From NCBI GenBank assembly GCA_009885495.1, contig VFKP01000008.1, forward strand, positions 1 to 42,084: 42,084 nucleotides of DNA, given 5' to 3'. The notes beneath the pieces are model-generated. The model worked only from the letters and a program-made list of their open reading frames with translations. It ran no database searches and was not told where the DNA came from. Source of the DNA: Gammaproteobacteria bacterium (lineage in GTDB: Bacteria; Pseudomonadota; Gammaproteobacteria; UBA1113). Numbering within the stretch: position 1 is the stretch's first letter; each line of letters begins with the position of its first letter. The position numbers and the translations under genes were made by a program. Positions 1 through 10,076 of the stretch are shown in pieces.

Positions 1-299
1 TCTTCAATTAAAATTTGATGAACGGGTTGTCCCTTTTCATCAGTTTGGTAGGTCACCAAACGCGTACCCAATAAAACTTGGACTGCAGCTTTGGCATCTT
101 CTTTATTAGAAACGATTTTAACCCCCCCAGCTTTGCCTCGTCCGCCTGCATGCACTTGAGCCTTGACCACCCAGCGATCGCCGCCTAGGCTTGATAAAAC
201 GCCCGCCACTTCATCGACACTGGAAACGACTTCGCCGCGAGGTACGGCAATACCGTAAGTTCGAAATAGCGCTTTGGCTTGATATTCATGTAGATTCAT
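1..299 (-). CDS. sucC: Succinyl-CoA ligase (ADP-forming) beta subunit, N-terminal part; the 3' end runs off the window
   Basis: Hand translation of the reverse strand from ATG (complement of 297..299) gives [27 protein letters not shown]...[21 protein letters not shown], the conserved SucC ATP-grasp N-terminus. It lies directly downstream of sucB. It is absent from the ORF track because it is open at the window edge. Confidence 0.9.
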   Translation of the reverse strand, partial: MNLHEYQAKALFRTYGIAVPRGEVVSSVDEVAGVLSSLGGDRWVVKAQVHAGGRGKAGGVKIVSNKEDAKAAVQVLLGTRLVTYQTDEKGQPVHQILIE

Positions 300-350
300 T
301 GTTTTTCCTAATTTATATTATTAAAGCAAAAGGGGGAAGGCCTGATATAA

Positions 351-398
351 AACCCTTCTCCCCTAACCCTTCTCCCAGAGTACTGGACGAGGGGAATT
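351..398. repeat. GC-rich REP-like palindromic element (degenerate copy), sucB-sucC spacer
   Basis: AACCCTTCTCCCCTAACCCTTCTCCCAGAGTACTGGACGAGGGGAATT aligns with the copies at 13882..13930 and 18546..18588. Confidence 0.6.
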
Positions 399-407
399 AA
401 AAATTCT

Positions 408-427
408 AGACGCGATAAATCGCGTCT
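408..427 (-). terminator. Stem-loop AGACGCGA-TAAA-TCGCGTCT followed by a U-rich tract on the minus strand; terminator or attenuator between sucB and sucC
   Basis: 8-bp GC-rich stem. The minus-strand RNA continues AGAAUUUUUAAUU. The identical 20-mer recurs at 17345..17364. Confidence 0.5.
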
Positions 428-469
428 CGACAAATGCAATCAATCGCTTCTTTAGAGAAATTCTATATC

Positions 470-1627
470 CTATAACCCTAAGAGCATCCTAGCGGGATCT
501 TCCAAAAATTGTTTAACCGCGACTAAAAATCCAACCGATTCGCGGCCATCGATAATGCGATGATCATAAGATAAAGCGACATACATCATAGGCCGAATGA
601 CCACTTGCCCGTTTTCAGCGATCGGTCTTTCCTCAATCTTATGCATCCCTAGAATGGCGCTTTGCGGTGGATTGACAATCGGTGTAGCCATCAAAGATCC
701 AAAGACGCCACCATTGGTGATGGTGAAGGTTCCGCCGGTCATTTCTTCTACCGTAAGTTTCCCTTCACGCGCTTTCAATGCAGCATCCCCAATTCCTTTT
801 TCAATTTCAGCCAAGCCCAGGGTTTCCGCATTACGCAAAACAGGCACCACCAATCCTCGTGGTGTTGAAACGGCAATACCCACATCATAATAGCCATGAT
901 AAATAATATCTTGGCCATCAATTGAAGCATTCACATCCGGATAACGTTTTAAAGCTTCTACAACAGCTTTCGTGAAAAAAGACATAAAGCCCAATTTTAC
1001 ACCATGCGTTTTTTCAAATTGATCTTTATAGCGATTACGCAGATCCATAACCGCTTGCATATTGATTTCATTAAATGTAGTCAACATAGCGGCCGTATGC
1101 TGGGCTTCCACCAACCGTTCTGCGATCTTGGCGCGTAGACGAGTCATAGGCACGCGTTCTTCAGTTCGTAACCCTTGCACAGCAAAACTCGCTTGTGCCG
1201 GCTGGCCCTGAGCCTTTTGCAGATCTTCTTTGACAATACGTCCGCCTTTACCGCTGCCTTGTAATCCCTTGACATCGATATTTTCTTCAGCCACCACACG
1301 ACGCAATGCGGGGCTTAAATGTGGCATACCATTGCTTTGTGTTTTCACTTCAGGAACTGTGGCTTTCGTTTCAATGCTGGTGGCTGGCGCTCCAGGCGCT
1401 ATTTTACCCAAAAGCTCATCCGCCAAAACGATACTGCCTTCTGCTTTCATAATATCGGTCAAAATACCGCTTTCAGAAGCTGGAACCTCTAAAACCACTT
1501 TATCGGTCTCTAAATCAATAAGTGGTTCATCACGAACGACGCTATCCCCTACTTTTTTATGCCATTTGATAATGGTCGCATCGGCAACCGATTCAGGCAA
1601 TGAGGGAACTTTAATTTCAATGGACAT
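470..1627 (-). CDS. sucB: 2-oxoglutarate dehydrogenase E2, dihydrolipoyl succinyltransferase (single lipoyl domain)
   Basis: Lipoyl motif [12 protein letters not shown] and C-terminal catalytic motif [11 protein letters not shown]; sits between sucA and sucC. Confidence 0.95.
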   Translation of the reverse strand: MSIEIKVPSLPESVADATIIKWHKKVGDSVVRDEPLIDLETDKVVLEVPASESGILTDIMKAEGSIVLADELLGKIAPGAPATSIETKATVPEVKTQSNGMPHLSPALRRVVAEENIDVKGLQGSGKGGRIVKEDLQKAQGQPAQASFAVQGLRTEERVPMTRLRAKIAERLVEAQHTAAMLTTFNEINMQAVMDLRNRYKDQFEKTHGVKLGFMSFFTKAVVEALKRYPDVNASIDGQDIIYHGYYDVGIAVSTPRGLVVPVLRNAETLGLAEIEKGIGDAALKAREGKLTVEEMTGGTFTITNGGVFGSLMATPIVNPPQSAILGMHKIEERPIAENGQVVIRPMMYVALSYDHRIIDGRESVGFLVAVKQFLEDPARMLLGL

Positions 1628-1639
1628 TTTATTTTTCCT

Positions 1640-4462
1640 CTATAGTTTTAAGGCTTGTTCAATAAGCTGATTCTGTTCTATTTCATGTCTATCATGATAT
1701 CCGGCCGCCGGAGCTGCAGCTGCAGCACGGCCGATATATTGCAAATTCTGTTTGGGAAATAAAGCTGCCTGCAAATGATGTTGTGAGGCATACCAAGCCC
1801 CTTGATTATGAGGTTCTTCTTGACACCAAACAATATCACTCACATGACGATAAGGCTCTAATGCTAAATGCAATGCTTTTTCAGGGAAAGGATACAATTG
1901 CTCTATTCGCACAAGAACGACCGTCTCTTGCTGCTGCTCGCGTCTTTTTTGCAGGAGATCATAATAAACTCGGCCAGAACACAGAATCACACGTTTAATT
2001 TTTTTTGCAGGCAAAGCATCCACTTCGGGGATCACCACTTGGAAAGATCCTTGAATTAAATCATCCCAACTGGACACCGCCATCTTATGTCGCAATAAAC
2101 TTTTAGGGGTCATGACAATTAAGGGTTTACGATAGGGTCTTAAGAGCTGTCGGCGTATCATATGAAAGCATTGGGCCGGTGTGGTCGGAACACAGACTTG
2201 CATATTATGCTCAGCGCACAATTGTAAAAATCGTTCCAATCGCGCCGATGTATGCTCTGGCCCCATCCCTTCATAACCATGCGGTAAAAACAAGGTTAAT
2301 CCCGAGAACCGAGACCATTTTTGTTCAGCCGCACTGATGAATTGATCGATCACCACTTGAGCGCCATTGACAAAATCACCGAATTGCGCTTCCCAAATCA
2401 CTAAAGTTTTAGGTTGCGCACTGGCATAACCATATTCAAAGGCCATCACGGCAGCTTCCGATAAAACCGAATCGATCACGGCCAGTTGATTTTTGTTCTG
2501 CTGGCAATTGCTCAAGGGTAAATATTCTTGACCGGTTTCATAATCATGTAACACGGCATGTCGATGAGAGAAAGTGCCTCGACCCGAATCTTGTCCTGAG
2601 ATACGTACCCCCCATCCCGCGTCTAATAAAGAAGCGTAAGCTAAATTTTCAGCAAAACCCCACATAAAAGGAATTTCACCTTCTGCCATCTGCTGACGCG
2701 CTTGCATTTCTCGTGCCACCTGGGGCTGTAATTGGAATCCTTGAGGCAATGTTAATAATTTTTGAGCCAGCGCTTTCAACTGAGCAGCATCAATGGCCTT
2801 GGGATAATCAACATCCCATTCTTGATCCAAATACAGACTCCAATCCGCGGCTTGTGCATGCAAAGGATTTTCATCCACCACGGGTACTGCAGAACCGCCG
2901 GCATCCAATAAATTACGATAGGCATCGATAGCAGCCACTCTATCTTCTGCGCTCAATACCCCTTCTTTCTCAAGCTTTTCACCGTATAGGCTCACGAGGG
3001 TAGGATGCTGTCTGATAGCTCGATACATCACCGGCTGCGTAATCGCAGGTTCGTCCGCTTCATTGTGTCCCAAACGACGATAGGCCACCAAATCGATGAC
3101 AATGTCTTTGCCAAACTGCATTCTATAATCCATCGCTAAACGAGCGGCTTTAACCACAGCCTCAGGATCATCGCCATTGACATGTAAAATAGGGGCTTCA
3201 ATCATTTTAGCCGCATCACTGCAATATCGAGAAGAACGTGCATCTCTAGGATCATGGGTGGTAAAACCCACTTGATTATTGATCACCACATGCACGCTCC
3301 CCCCTGTGGTGAAAAATCGCGTCTGTGACATATTAAAGGTTTCCATGACCACACCCTGGCCGATGAAAGCGGCATCCCCATGGACAATCACCGGAACAAT
3401 TTTACGGCGGGTTTCGTCACCACAACGATCTTGGCGAGCACGTGTTGATCCTTCGACTACAGGCGCAATAATTTCTAAATGCGAAGGATTAAACGCTAAA
3501 GCCAAATGCATTAATCCATGAGGCGTTTTGACATTTGTTGAATAACCCAAATGATATTTGACATCGCCAGAACGACCATTGCGCAGATGTTTGCCCGCAA
3601 ATTCATCGAATAATACCTGCGCCGGTTTTCCTAAAATATTGATCATGACATTTAAACGGCCGCGATGAGCCATACCGATAATAAATTCCCGAACGTTTTC
3701 TTCTCCAGCACGTTCAATTAAAGCAGACATTAAGGGAATAAAACTATCGCTGCCTTCTAAAGAAAATCGTTTTTGACCTACAAATTTATTGCCTAAATAC
3801 TTTTCCAAGCCTTCTGCCGCGACCAACTTAGCAAAAATAGCTTTTTTTTCTGCGGCTGATAATTGTTTTTCAGGTTCAACGATTTCAAAACGCTGTTGCA
3901 ACCATTGTTGGATCTGCGGATCACTGATGTGTTTGTATTCTAAAGTCAGCGTACCGCAATAGATGTTTTCTAAGTGTTGGGCTAAGCTTTCCACAGAAAC
4001 GCTGCTGCCCAAATTTTTAAACCCAAAATCCGCAGGATCCACTTTTAGCTTAAAATCGGCAGAAGATAAGCCATAATGTTTAGGATCCAGCAAAGCATCA
4101 GTGTGCGAAATCAAATGTAAGGGATCCAATTGCGCTTCAATATGCCCGTAAGCACGATAAGCATCTAGCCATTGTCCGATCTTATAGTACAAAGGGGAAG
4201 CACTCACCGTAGAATGACTGGATAAAGCAATAGGATTTTGGGCTAAATTTAAAAAATGTTCTCGTACTTTTTGAGGAGAAACTTCAGATTGATCGACGGT
4301 CTTCATTTTAGGCAAACCATCAAAATAATCCCGCCAATCTGAAGACAATTCTTGGGGGGCGGTTAAATAAGTTTCATACATTGTCTCTAAGTAGGCAACG
4401 TTCCCTCCGGCTAAAAAAGAAGTTTTGCGCATTTTCTCGATATAAGGCTCTTCAAAAGACAT
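1640..4462 (-). CDS. sucA: 2-oxoglutarate dehydrogenase E1 component
   Basis: 940 aa with typical E1o blocks (GMAHRGRLNVL, HGDAAF, EAQFGDF). The start codon lies 1 nt after the sdhB stop. Confidence 0.97.
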   Translation of the reverse strand: MSFEEPYIEKMRKTSFLAGGNVAYLETMYETYLTAPQELSSDWRDYFDGLPKMKTVDQSEVSPQKVREHFLNLAQNPIALSSHSTVSASPLYYKIGQWLDAYRAYGHIEAQLDPLHLISHTDALLDPKHYGLSSADFKLKVDPADFGFKNLGSSVSVESLAQHLENIYCGTLTLEYKHISDPQIQQWLQQRFEIVEPEKQLSAAEKKAIFAKLVAAEGLEKYLGNKFVGQKRFSLEGSDSFIPLMSALIERAGEENVREFIIGMAHRGRLNVMINILGKPAQVLFDEFAGKHLRNGRSGDVKYHLGYSTNVKTPHGLMHLALAFNPSHLEIIAPVVEGSTRARQDRCGDETRRKIVPVIVHGDAAFIGQGVVMETFNMSQTRFFTTGGSVHVVINNQVGFTTHDPRDARSSRYCSDAAKMIEAPILHVNGDDPEAVVKAARLAMDYRMQFGKDIVIDLVAYRRLGHNEADEPAITQPVMYRAIRQHPTLVSLYGEKLEKEGVLSAEDRVAAIDAYRNLLDAGGSAVPVVDENPLHAQAADWSLYLDQEWDVDYPKAIDAAQLKALAQKLLTLPQGFQLQPQVAREMQARQQMAEGEIPFMWGFAENLAYASLLDAGWGVRISGQDSGRGTFSHRHAVLHDYETGQEYLPLSNCQQNKNQLAVIDSVLSEAAVMAFEYGYASAQPKTLVIWEAQFGDFVNGAQVVIDQFISAAEQKWSRFSGLTLFLPHGYEGMGPEHTSARLERFLQLCAEHNMQVCVPTTPAQCFHMIRRQLLRPYRKPLIVMTPKSLLRHKMAVSSWDDLIQGSFQVVIPEVDALPAKKIKRVILCSGRVYYDLLQKRREQQQETVVLVRIEQLYPFPEKALHLALEPYRHVSDIVWCQEEPHNQGAWYASQHHLQAALFPKQNLQYIGRAAAAAPAAGYHDRHEIEQNQLIEQALKL

Positions 4463-4463
4463 T

Positions 4464-5186
4464 TTAACCTCCTTCTGCTAATAATTCTGATCGGATCTGA
4501 CCAATGGCCCGTGTAGGATTTAAACCTTTGGGACAAACATCCACGCAATTCATTACGCCACGGCAACGAAACACACTAAAGGGATCGGATAAAGCCTCTA
4601 AGCGTTCTGATTTTGCAGTATCTCGACTGTCAACAATAAAACGATAGGCTTGCAGCAAACCCGCTGGACCAATAAATTTTTCAGGATTCCACCAAAAAGA
4701 AGGACAAGAAGTTGAACAGCAGGCACATAAAATACATTCATATAAGCCATCTAATTTTTTACGATCGGCGGGGCTTTGTAAGCGTTCTTTAGCGGGGACA
4801 GGATCCTTATTAATCAAATAGGGTTTGACTTTTTCATATTGGGCGTAGAAGGCACTCATATCCACGATCAGATCACGGATCACCGGCAATCCTGGCAAAG
4901 GGCGAATTTCAATCGGTTCTTTTAATGCAGACAATAACGTAATGCAGGCCAAGCCATTACGACCATTGATGTTCATACCATCGGATCCACACACGCCTTC
5001 ACGACAAGAACGACGAAAGGCCAAGGTATCGTCCAAAGCCTTGATGCGCATGATCGCTTCCAACAACATCATATCTTTGTCTTTAGGAATAGACAATTGA
5101 TACTCTTTCATGAAAGGTTTTAAATCCACTTCAGGATTAAAACGATAAATTTTAAAAGAAACCGTGCGTAGCGCTTCAGACATCAT
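4464..5186 (-). CDS. sdhB: Succinate dehydrogenase iron-sulfur subunit
   Basis: Cys clusters CREGVCGSDG, CILCACCSTSCP and CRGVMNCVDVCP. Start is uncertain (GTG 5195, ATG 5186 or ATG 5183); a GAGG SD favours the ATGs. Confidence 0.95.
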   Translation of the reverse strand: MMSEALRTVSFKIYRFNPEVDLKPFMKEYQLSIPKDKDMMLLEAIMRIKALDDTLAFRRSCREGVCGSDGMNINGRNGLACITLLSALKEPIEIRPLPGLPVIRDLIVDMSAFYAQYEKVKPYLINKDPVPAKERLQSPADRKKLDGLYECILCACCSTSCPSFWWNPEKFIGPAGLLQAYRFIVDSRDTAKSERLEALSDPFSVFRCRGVMNCVDVCPKGLNPTRAIGQIRSELLAEGG

Positions 5187-5197
5187 AGACCTCACTC

Positions 5198-6964
5198 TTA
5201 ATAAACACGTGCTTTAGGTTCGAAAGGTTCCATACTCAAGGGTTTACGATTGACCTCGCGTCGACTCATGCGATGCGCTTCACCTTGATATAAAGTATGC
5301 GTCAACCACTTTACATCATCACGTTCTGGAAAATCTTCACGGCTGTGCGCACCACGACTTTCGGTGCGATAAATCGCTGCATGTGCCGTGGCTAAAGCCG
5401 TAGCCATTAAATTATCCAACTCTAAAGCTTCAATACGGCTGGTGTTAAACACTCTGCTGTGATCGCTGATGGCCCCATGGCTTAAACGTTCATTTAAACT
5501 TAAAAGCTTTTCCAAGCCCGCTTGCATGTGTTCGCCTGTACGAAACACACCAAATTCTTCTTGCATGACTTTTTGTAATTCTGCACGAATGACAGAGACA
5601 GATTCTCCTTCACGGGCATTATCCCAACGCAATAAACGAGTTAAAGCTGCGTCAATATCAGACTCAGTCACCGCATGCAAAGGTAGATCCTGCAATTTTT
5701 CTTTCACATCCAAACCTGCAGCACGACCAAACACCACTAAATCTAATAGGGAATTACCGCCTAAGCGATTAGCACCATGCACTGAAACGCAAGCGCATTC
5801 TCCTACAGCATACAAACCTTCGACTAAAGACTCTTCACCCTTAGCATTTACCGTAATCACTTGACCAAAGCGATTCGTGGGAATACCACCCATCATATAA
5901 TGGCAAGTGGGCACCACTGGAATAGGCTCGCGAATAGGATCCACACCGGCAAAGGTTAAGGATAATTCACGGATCCCAGGCAAGCGAGATTCGATTAAAT
6001 CTGCACCCAAATGGTCCAGTTTTAATTTAACACAGGACACACCATTGACTTCTTCGCCATTACCCGCCCGTAATTCTAAAGACATGGCTCGAGCCACCAC
6101 ATCGCGAGAGGCTAAATCTTTGGCATGGGGGGCATAACGCTCCATAAACCGTTCACCATTTTTATTGATCAGATATCCGCCTTCCCCTCGACAACCTTCC
6201 GTGACTAGAACACCCGCTCCTGCAATGCCGGTAGGGTGAAATTGCCACATTTCAATATCTTGGATAGGAAGACCAGCACGGATGGCCATACCCACACCAT
6301 CGCCCGTATTAATTAAGGCATTGGTGGTGGACTGATAGATGCGTCCAGCACCACCCGTGGCAAAAATAATCGCTTTAGCCTGCAACAATACGGTTTCACC
6401 CGTTTCAATATTAATGGCTATGACACCGGAAAAACCCTGACCATTGGCTGCTTTGACTAAATCAACGGCATACCATTCAGAAAAGAAATTTGTTTTCTCG
6501 GCAATATTGCGTTGATACAAGGTGTGTAATAAAGCGTGGCCCGTTCTGTCGGCAGCGGCACAGGTTCTAGCCGCTTGATCGCCGCCAAAATTTTTGGATT
6601 GTCCACCAAAAGGCCGTTGATAAATTCGGCCATCGTCTAAACGCGAAAAGGGCAATCCCATATGTTCCAATTCATAGACCACTTCAGGCCCGACTTCGCA
6701 CATGTATTCGATACAATCTTGATCGCCAATGTAATCAGAGCCTTTGACCGTATCGTACATATGCCAACGCCAATCGTCTTCATGGACATTGCCCAAAGCA
6801 CAGGTGATCCCTCCCTGCGCAGAAACCGTGTGTGAACGCGTGGGAAAAACCTTGGAGACTACAGCCACCTGAGACCCGGATTCTGCTAAAGCCAAAGCGG
6901 CTCGCATACCCGCCCCTCCAGCACCTATAATAATCGCGTCAAAAGTATACCTTGTTAATGCCAT
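5198..6964 (-). CDS. sdhA: Succinate dehydrogenase flavoprotein subunit
   Basis: [19 protein letters not shown]-binding fold. Start re-set to [10 protein letters not shown] (TAATG overlap with the sdhD stop), which matches the length of the E. coli SdhA N-terminus. Confidence 0.97.
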   Translation of the reverse strand: MALTRYTFDAIIIGAGGAGMRAALALAESGSQVAVVSKVFPTRSHTVSAQGGITCALGNVHEDDWRWHMYDTVKGSDYIGDQDCIEYMCEVGPEVVYELEHMGLPFSRLDDGRIYQRPFGGQSKNFGGDQAARTCAAADRTGHALLHTLYQRNIAEKTNFFSEWYAVDLVKAANGQGFSGVIAINIETGETVLLQAKAIIFATGGAGRIYQSTTNALINTGDGVGMAIRAGLPIQDIEMWQFHPTGIAGAGVLVTEGCRGEGGYLINKNGERFMERYAPHAKDLASRDVVARAMSLELRAGNGEEVNGVSCVKLKLDHLGADLIESRLPGIRELSLTFAGVDPIREPIPVVPTCHYMMGGIPTNRFGQVITVNAKGEESLVEGLYAVGECACVSVHGANRLGGNSLLDLVVFGRAAGLDVKEKLQDLPLHAVTESDIDAALTRLLRWDNAREGESVSVIRAELQKVMQEEFGVFRTGEHMQAGLEKLLSLNERLSHGAISDHSRVFNTSRIEALELDNLMATALATAHAAIYRTESRGAHSREDFPERDDVKWLTHTLYQGEAHRMSRREVNRKPLSMEPFEPKARVY

Positions 6965-7308
6965 TATACGCTCCACACAATAATAATTGCCCAAATAAAA
7001 TAGAACAGCAGCGCTAAAATCACCACTATTTCTAAACTTAAGCGAAGAGAGGCCATTTTAATATAATCGGTTAGAATCGTCCAAACCCCCACCCAAGCAT
7101 GCACCAACAGTGATAAAGCGGCTAAAACAGAGAAAATCTTAACCCCAGTATGATGAAATAAGCCCACCCAGGCAGCATAATCCATCGAACGAGTCATGAT
7201 AAAACCCATAATAAACAGAGTGTACACTGCCAAAACCAGGGCACTGACACGCTGGTATAACCAATCTCTCAAACCATTACCTGTTAAAGATGTCGCAGAG
7301 CTTACCAT
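6964..7308 (-). CDS. sdhD: Succinate dehydrogenase membrane anchor subunit
   Basis: Start re-set to [12 protein letters not shown]... (E. coli SdhD begins MVSNASALGRNG). It has the same ATGGTAA overlap with the sdhC stop as E. coli. The ORF-track start at 7437 is over-extended. Confidence 0.88.
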   Translation of the reverse strand: MVSSATSLTGNGLRDWLYQRVSALVLAVYTLFIMGFIMTRSMDYAAWVGLFHHTGVKIFSVLAALSLLVHAWVGVWTILTDYIKMASLRLSLEIVVILALLFYFIWAIIIVWSV

Positions 7309-7706
7309 AAGACTATCCCCAGCAAAATCGCCAATATTAAGACCAAGCCTAAAACGATCAGCGCACCCCGGCGGCCACTGATTTTTTCTTCCCCCACCCC
7401 CAGATCCATCAATAAATGCCGAATTCCGGCCACCCAATGGTAGACTAAGGCCAAAAGAATCACAAAAAAGAAGATGCGCGTTAGACCTTGATGCAAAACA
7501 GACTGAATATAGGCATAACTTTCGGGATTAGACAGCGAATTGGCCCAAAAACAAAGCAGATAAGGGATCACTAAAAATAGAGCAAAACCTGAAGCTCGAT
7601 GTAAAATAGAGACCATTCCTGTAAGCGGTAAGCGTATTTTAGTCAAATCTAAATAGACAGGTCTTTTTTTATCCACTCTTTTCTCCTCTGAAGGCAATGC
7701 AATCAT
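7302..7706 (-). CDS. sdhC: Succinate dehydrogenase cytochrome b556 subunit
   Basis: KKRPVYLDLTKIRLPLTGMVSILHRASG matches the SdhC N-terminal block; three TM segments; first gene of the sdh cluster. Confidence 0.88.
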   Translation of the reverse strand: MIALPSEEKRVDKKRPVYLDLTKIRLPLTGMVSILHRASGFALFLVIPYLLCFWANSLSNPESYAYIQSVLHQGLTRIFFFVILLALVYHWVAGIRHLLMDLGVGEEKISGRRGALIVLGLVLILAILLGIVLW

Positions 7707-7859
7707 TTAAGACCGCTTGATTATAACGATAATTAGCTCAGAACTCCAGCGCTTAAGAGAATTATCGAATATTCTAGGCTATACTTTTGGCAAGTTGGAA
7801 ACTTAAATTCAATGCTTCCTGCTTTAAAATTTTTAATCTTTCATTTCAAGGAGTTTCAC

Positions 7860-8360
7860 ATGAAGAAAATAGCCATGCTCATCTCTCTCAGCTTGATTGG
7901 CGCTAGCAGTTTAGTTTTCGCACAAACCCATTCGACGCCAGCAACTTCTTCTACAGGCATGCCAGCGGCATCTTCCAGTTCTCAAATGCCTGGGATGTCC
8001 GGAAAAAACATGTGTAATATGACGCCTGAACAACATCAGCAAATGATGCAAAAGAAAAGCCAAGACTGGAAAAACATGAGCGATGCTGATAAACAGGCCA
8101 TGCAGCAGAAAATGCAGGATCGTTGGGCCAGCTTAACCGATGACGAAAAGCAAATGGTCACGGATAAAATGATGATGCGTTGGAATAGCCTGTCTGCCGA
8201 TGAACAAAACAAGTTAATGCAAATGATGCAAGGGCAAATGAAACCGATGCCTGATGCTTCCATGCCAGCCAGCGACTCAGTAACACCGGACGCTTCCATG
8301 CCACCTGCACCAACACCTTTGCAACAAGACATGAATCAACCTTCAGGCATGAATCAGTAA
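7860..8360 (+). CDS. Secreted Met/Gln-rich repeat protein, function unknown
   Basis: AAGGAG SD 7 nt upstream of ATG 7860. Signal peptide MKKIAMLISLSLIGASSLVFA/Q. Three W-x-x-[ML]-[ST]-x-[AD]-[DE]-[KQ] repeats. The ORF-track start at 7812 is judged over-extended. Confidence 0.6.
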   Translation: MKKIAMLISLSLIGASSLVFAQTHSTPATSSTGMPAASSSSQMPGMSGKNMCNMTPEQHQQMMQKKSQDWKNMSDADKQAMQQKMQDRWASLTDDEKQMVTDKMMMRWNSLSADEQNKLMQMMQGQMKPMPDASMPASDSVTPDASMPPAPTPLQQDMNQPSGMNQ

Positions 8361-8373
8361 GTCTTTCAAATAG

Positions 8374-8547
8374 ACCCTCTCCCAGAATACTTACTCCCCT
8401 CCCCCAGTATTCTGCAGTACTGTCCGGGGAAAATCGAAACTCCCCTCGCCCGGTAATCCGGGAGAGGGGAGCCTATGCACTTTCCCCGGACAGTACTGCG
8501 AGGTACCGGGGGAGGGGAGTATTGAGTTTCCCCGGACAGTACTGCAG
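8374..8547. repeat. Cluster of nested GC-rich REP-like palindromes between convergent genes; probable bidirectional terminator
   Basis: 30-nt palindrome TCCCCTCGCCCGGTAATCCGGGAGAGGGGA (8441..8470), enclosed by a perfect 19-bp inverted repeat (IR) GCAGTACTGTCCGGGGAAA (8414..8432 / 8481..8499). A third arm copy is at 8527..8545. Confidence 0.8.
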
Positions 8548-8559
8548 AACAAAGCAAAT

Positions 8560-10071
8560 CTAATTTTTAGGGCGCATATGCGGAAACAAAATCACATCGC
8601 GAATAGAGGGCGAGTTCGTCAATAGCATCACCAGACGATCGATGCCTATCCCTTCTCCCGCCGTAGGAGCCAAACCGTATTCTAAGGCCATAATATAATC
8701 GGCATCATAAGACATGGCCTCCTCGTCACCGCCGGCTTTTTCTTGCATTTGCAATTGAAAGCGCGCTGCTTGATCTTCGGGATCATTTAATTCAGAAAAA
8801 GCATTGGCCAATTCACGACCGGCGATAAACAATTCAAATCGGTCCACCACTTCAGGGTTATCGGCATTACGCCGTGCCAAAGGGGAGACTTCAGAGGGGT
8901 ATGCCGTGATAAAAGTCGGCTGGATCAATTGCTCTTCCACCGTTTCTTCAAATAAAATCAACTGTAATTTAGCCAGACTGTCTGTCTTTTTATACGGTAA
9001 TTTTAGCTGTTCTAAACGTTGACGTAAAACTGAAATTTCAATAATACCCTCTGCATTGATCTCGGGATGATATTTCATAATAGCATCACTCATACTCAAC
9101 CGCGTAAAGGGTTTGCCAAAATCAAAAGAATGCCCTTGATATTCAAAGGCCGTTTGCCCTAACACTTTTTCAGCGACAAAGGATAATAAGGCTTCGGTCA
9201 TGTCCATCATATCGCGATAATCGGCATAAGCTTCGTAAAATTCCAACATGGTAAATTCAGGATTATGTCGTACCGACATCCCTTCATTGCGAAAATTACG
9301 ATTAATTTCGAATACTTTTTCAAAGCCCCCAACCACCAAACGCTTTAAATACAATTCTGGCGCAATGCGTAAATACAGTTCCAGATCCAAGGCATTATGA
9401 TGCGTTACAAAAGGCTTAGCCGCCGCTCCTCCGGCCAATAGATGCATCATGGGCGTTTCCACTTCTAAAAATTTTCTTTGACAGAGGAACTCACGAATGG
9501 CTGAAACCGTTTGACTTCTGATCTCAAAAACACGGCGTGTGCCGGCATTCATCATTAAATCTAAATAGCGATGGCGATATTTAGCTTCAATCTCTTGTAA
9601 GCCATGAAATTTATCCGGCAAGGGTCGCAAGGCTTTGGTCAATAATTCAATGGTTTCAACGCGCAGTGATAATTCTCCTGTTTTGGTTCTAAACACCTGC
9701 CCTTCTACCCCTAAAATATCACCAATATCCCATTTCTTAAAGCTCTGATAAGCGTCTTCACCCAAAGTTTCTTGTTTGACATAGCATTGAAATTGTCCCG
9801 ACATATCCTGCAAATGAATAAAACTGGCTTTACCCATTAGGCGACGCGTCATCATGCGGCCCGCCAAACGCAAGGTTTTAGGGCTTTTCTCCAGCTCGGC
9901 TTCACTCATATGTTGATAGGCTTCTACCAAATCCAAAGCCAGATGATCTCGTTTGAAATGATTAGGATAAGCCTGGCCTTGTTCACGCCATTTCAATAAT
10001 TTATGCTTACGTTCAGCAATCTGTTCATTTTCAGGGATCACCGGATCCTGGGTATTTTCAGTTGACATCAT
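8560..10071 (-). CDS. lysS: Lysine--tRNA ligase (class II)
   Basis: 503 aa with class II aaRS motifs (FRNEG..., GIGIDRLVML). Lies downstream of prfB as in the E. coli prfB-lysS operon. Confidence 0.97.
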   Translation of the reverse strand: MMSTENTQDPVIPENEQIAERKHKLLKWREQGQAYPNHFKRDHLALDLVEAYQHMSEAELEKSPKTLRLAGRMMTRRLMGKASFIHLQDMSGQFQCYVKQETLGEDAYQSFKKWDIGDILGVEGQVFRTKTGELSLRVETIELLTKALRPLPDKFHGLQEIEAKYRHRYLDLMMNAGTRRVFEIRSQTVSAIREFLCQRKFLEVETPMMHLLAGGAAAKPFVTHHNALDLELYLRIAPELYLKRLVVGGFEKVFEINRNFRNEGMSVRHNPEFTMLEFYEAYADYRDMMDMTEALLSFVAEKVLGQTAFEYQGHSFDFGKPFTRLSMSDAIMKYHPEINAEGIIEISVLRQRLEQLKLPYKKTDSLAKLQLILFEETVEEQLIQPTFITAYPSEVSPLARRNADNPEVVDRFELFIAGRELANAFSELNDPEDQAARFQLQMQEKAGGDEEAMSYDADYIMALEYGLAPTAGEGIGIDRLVMLLTNSPSIRDVILFPHMRPKN

Positions 10072-10076
10072 CTCTC

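Noticed and set aside
1230-1670. 146-aa plus-strand ORF antisense to sucB. Similar long antisense ORFs are at 5469..5864, 18055..18498, 597..890, 19545..19808, 21317..21583 and 37041..37364.
   Set aside because: Each lies entirely inside a strongly supported conserved gene on the opposite strand. They have low-complexity Ser/Pro/Ala/Thr-rich translations and no SD. These are typical shadow ORFs.
8366-8557. 63-aa ORF, together with 13880..14065 (61 aa) and 191..400 (69 aa).
   Set aside because: They are read straight through the GC-rich REP-like palindromes, and their Gly/Pro/Arg-rich translations mirror the repeat. The same repeat occurs in both orientations, so it is not coding.
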